Shown in pieces: positions 63,981-64,000 of a stretch of 64,000 nt of DNA (the first letter of the stretch is position 1; every line of letters begins with the position of its first letter). Under the pieces are notes generated by a model, which saw nothing but the letters and a program-made list of their open reading frames with translations, had not been told where the DNA came from and ran no database searches. A program made the translations under genes and the position numbers. The DNA comes from Octopus bimaculoides. Taxonomy: Eukaryota. The stretch covers positions 12,360,915-12,424,914 of the forward strand of contig NC_069000.1 in the NCBI RefSeq assembly GCF_001194135.2. Reading direction: 5' to 3'.

Positions 63981-64000
63981 ATATATATATATATATATAT

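Overview
This is a eukaryotic, AT-rich, microsatellite-saturated draft-assembly window. About 29 N-gaps total roughly 9 kb, and most are bounded by TA/CA/TATG runs. Repeat content and the SINE families resemble an octopus (coleoid cephalopod) genome; this is inference from recalled repeat families, not a database match. No host protein-coding gene could be assembled, and almost all ORFs in the supplied track are microsatellite or N read-through artefacts. The recognisable content is transposable-element debris. Retroelements: three tRNA-headed SINE families (called A, B and C here, about 20 copies or fragments), RTE LINE fragments (one with an uninterrupted 210-codon C-terminal ORF fused to a SINE head), two decayed CR1/L2/Jockey-type RT fragments, and a probable Penelope GIY-YIG relic. 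DNA elements: a Tigger/pogo transposase relic, two pieces of one mariner family, and a young 228-bp mariner-type MITE. Several isolated exon-like segments with good splice signals occur on both strands but do not chain into a phase-consistent model, so they are low-confidence candidates. The best leads are the SINE-LINE and SINE-SINE chimeras, a pre-miRNA-like hairpin at 7365-7419, a cluster of inverted SINEs (possible ADAR substrate) and two microexon-like sites. I found no convincing evidence of a wholly new biological system.
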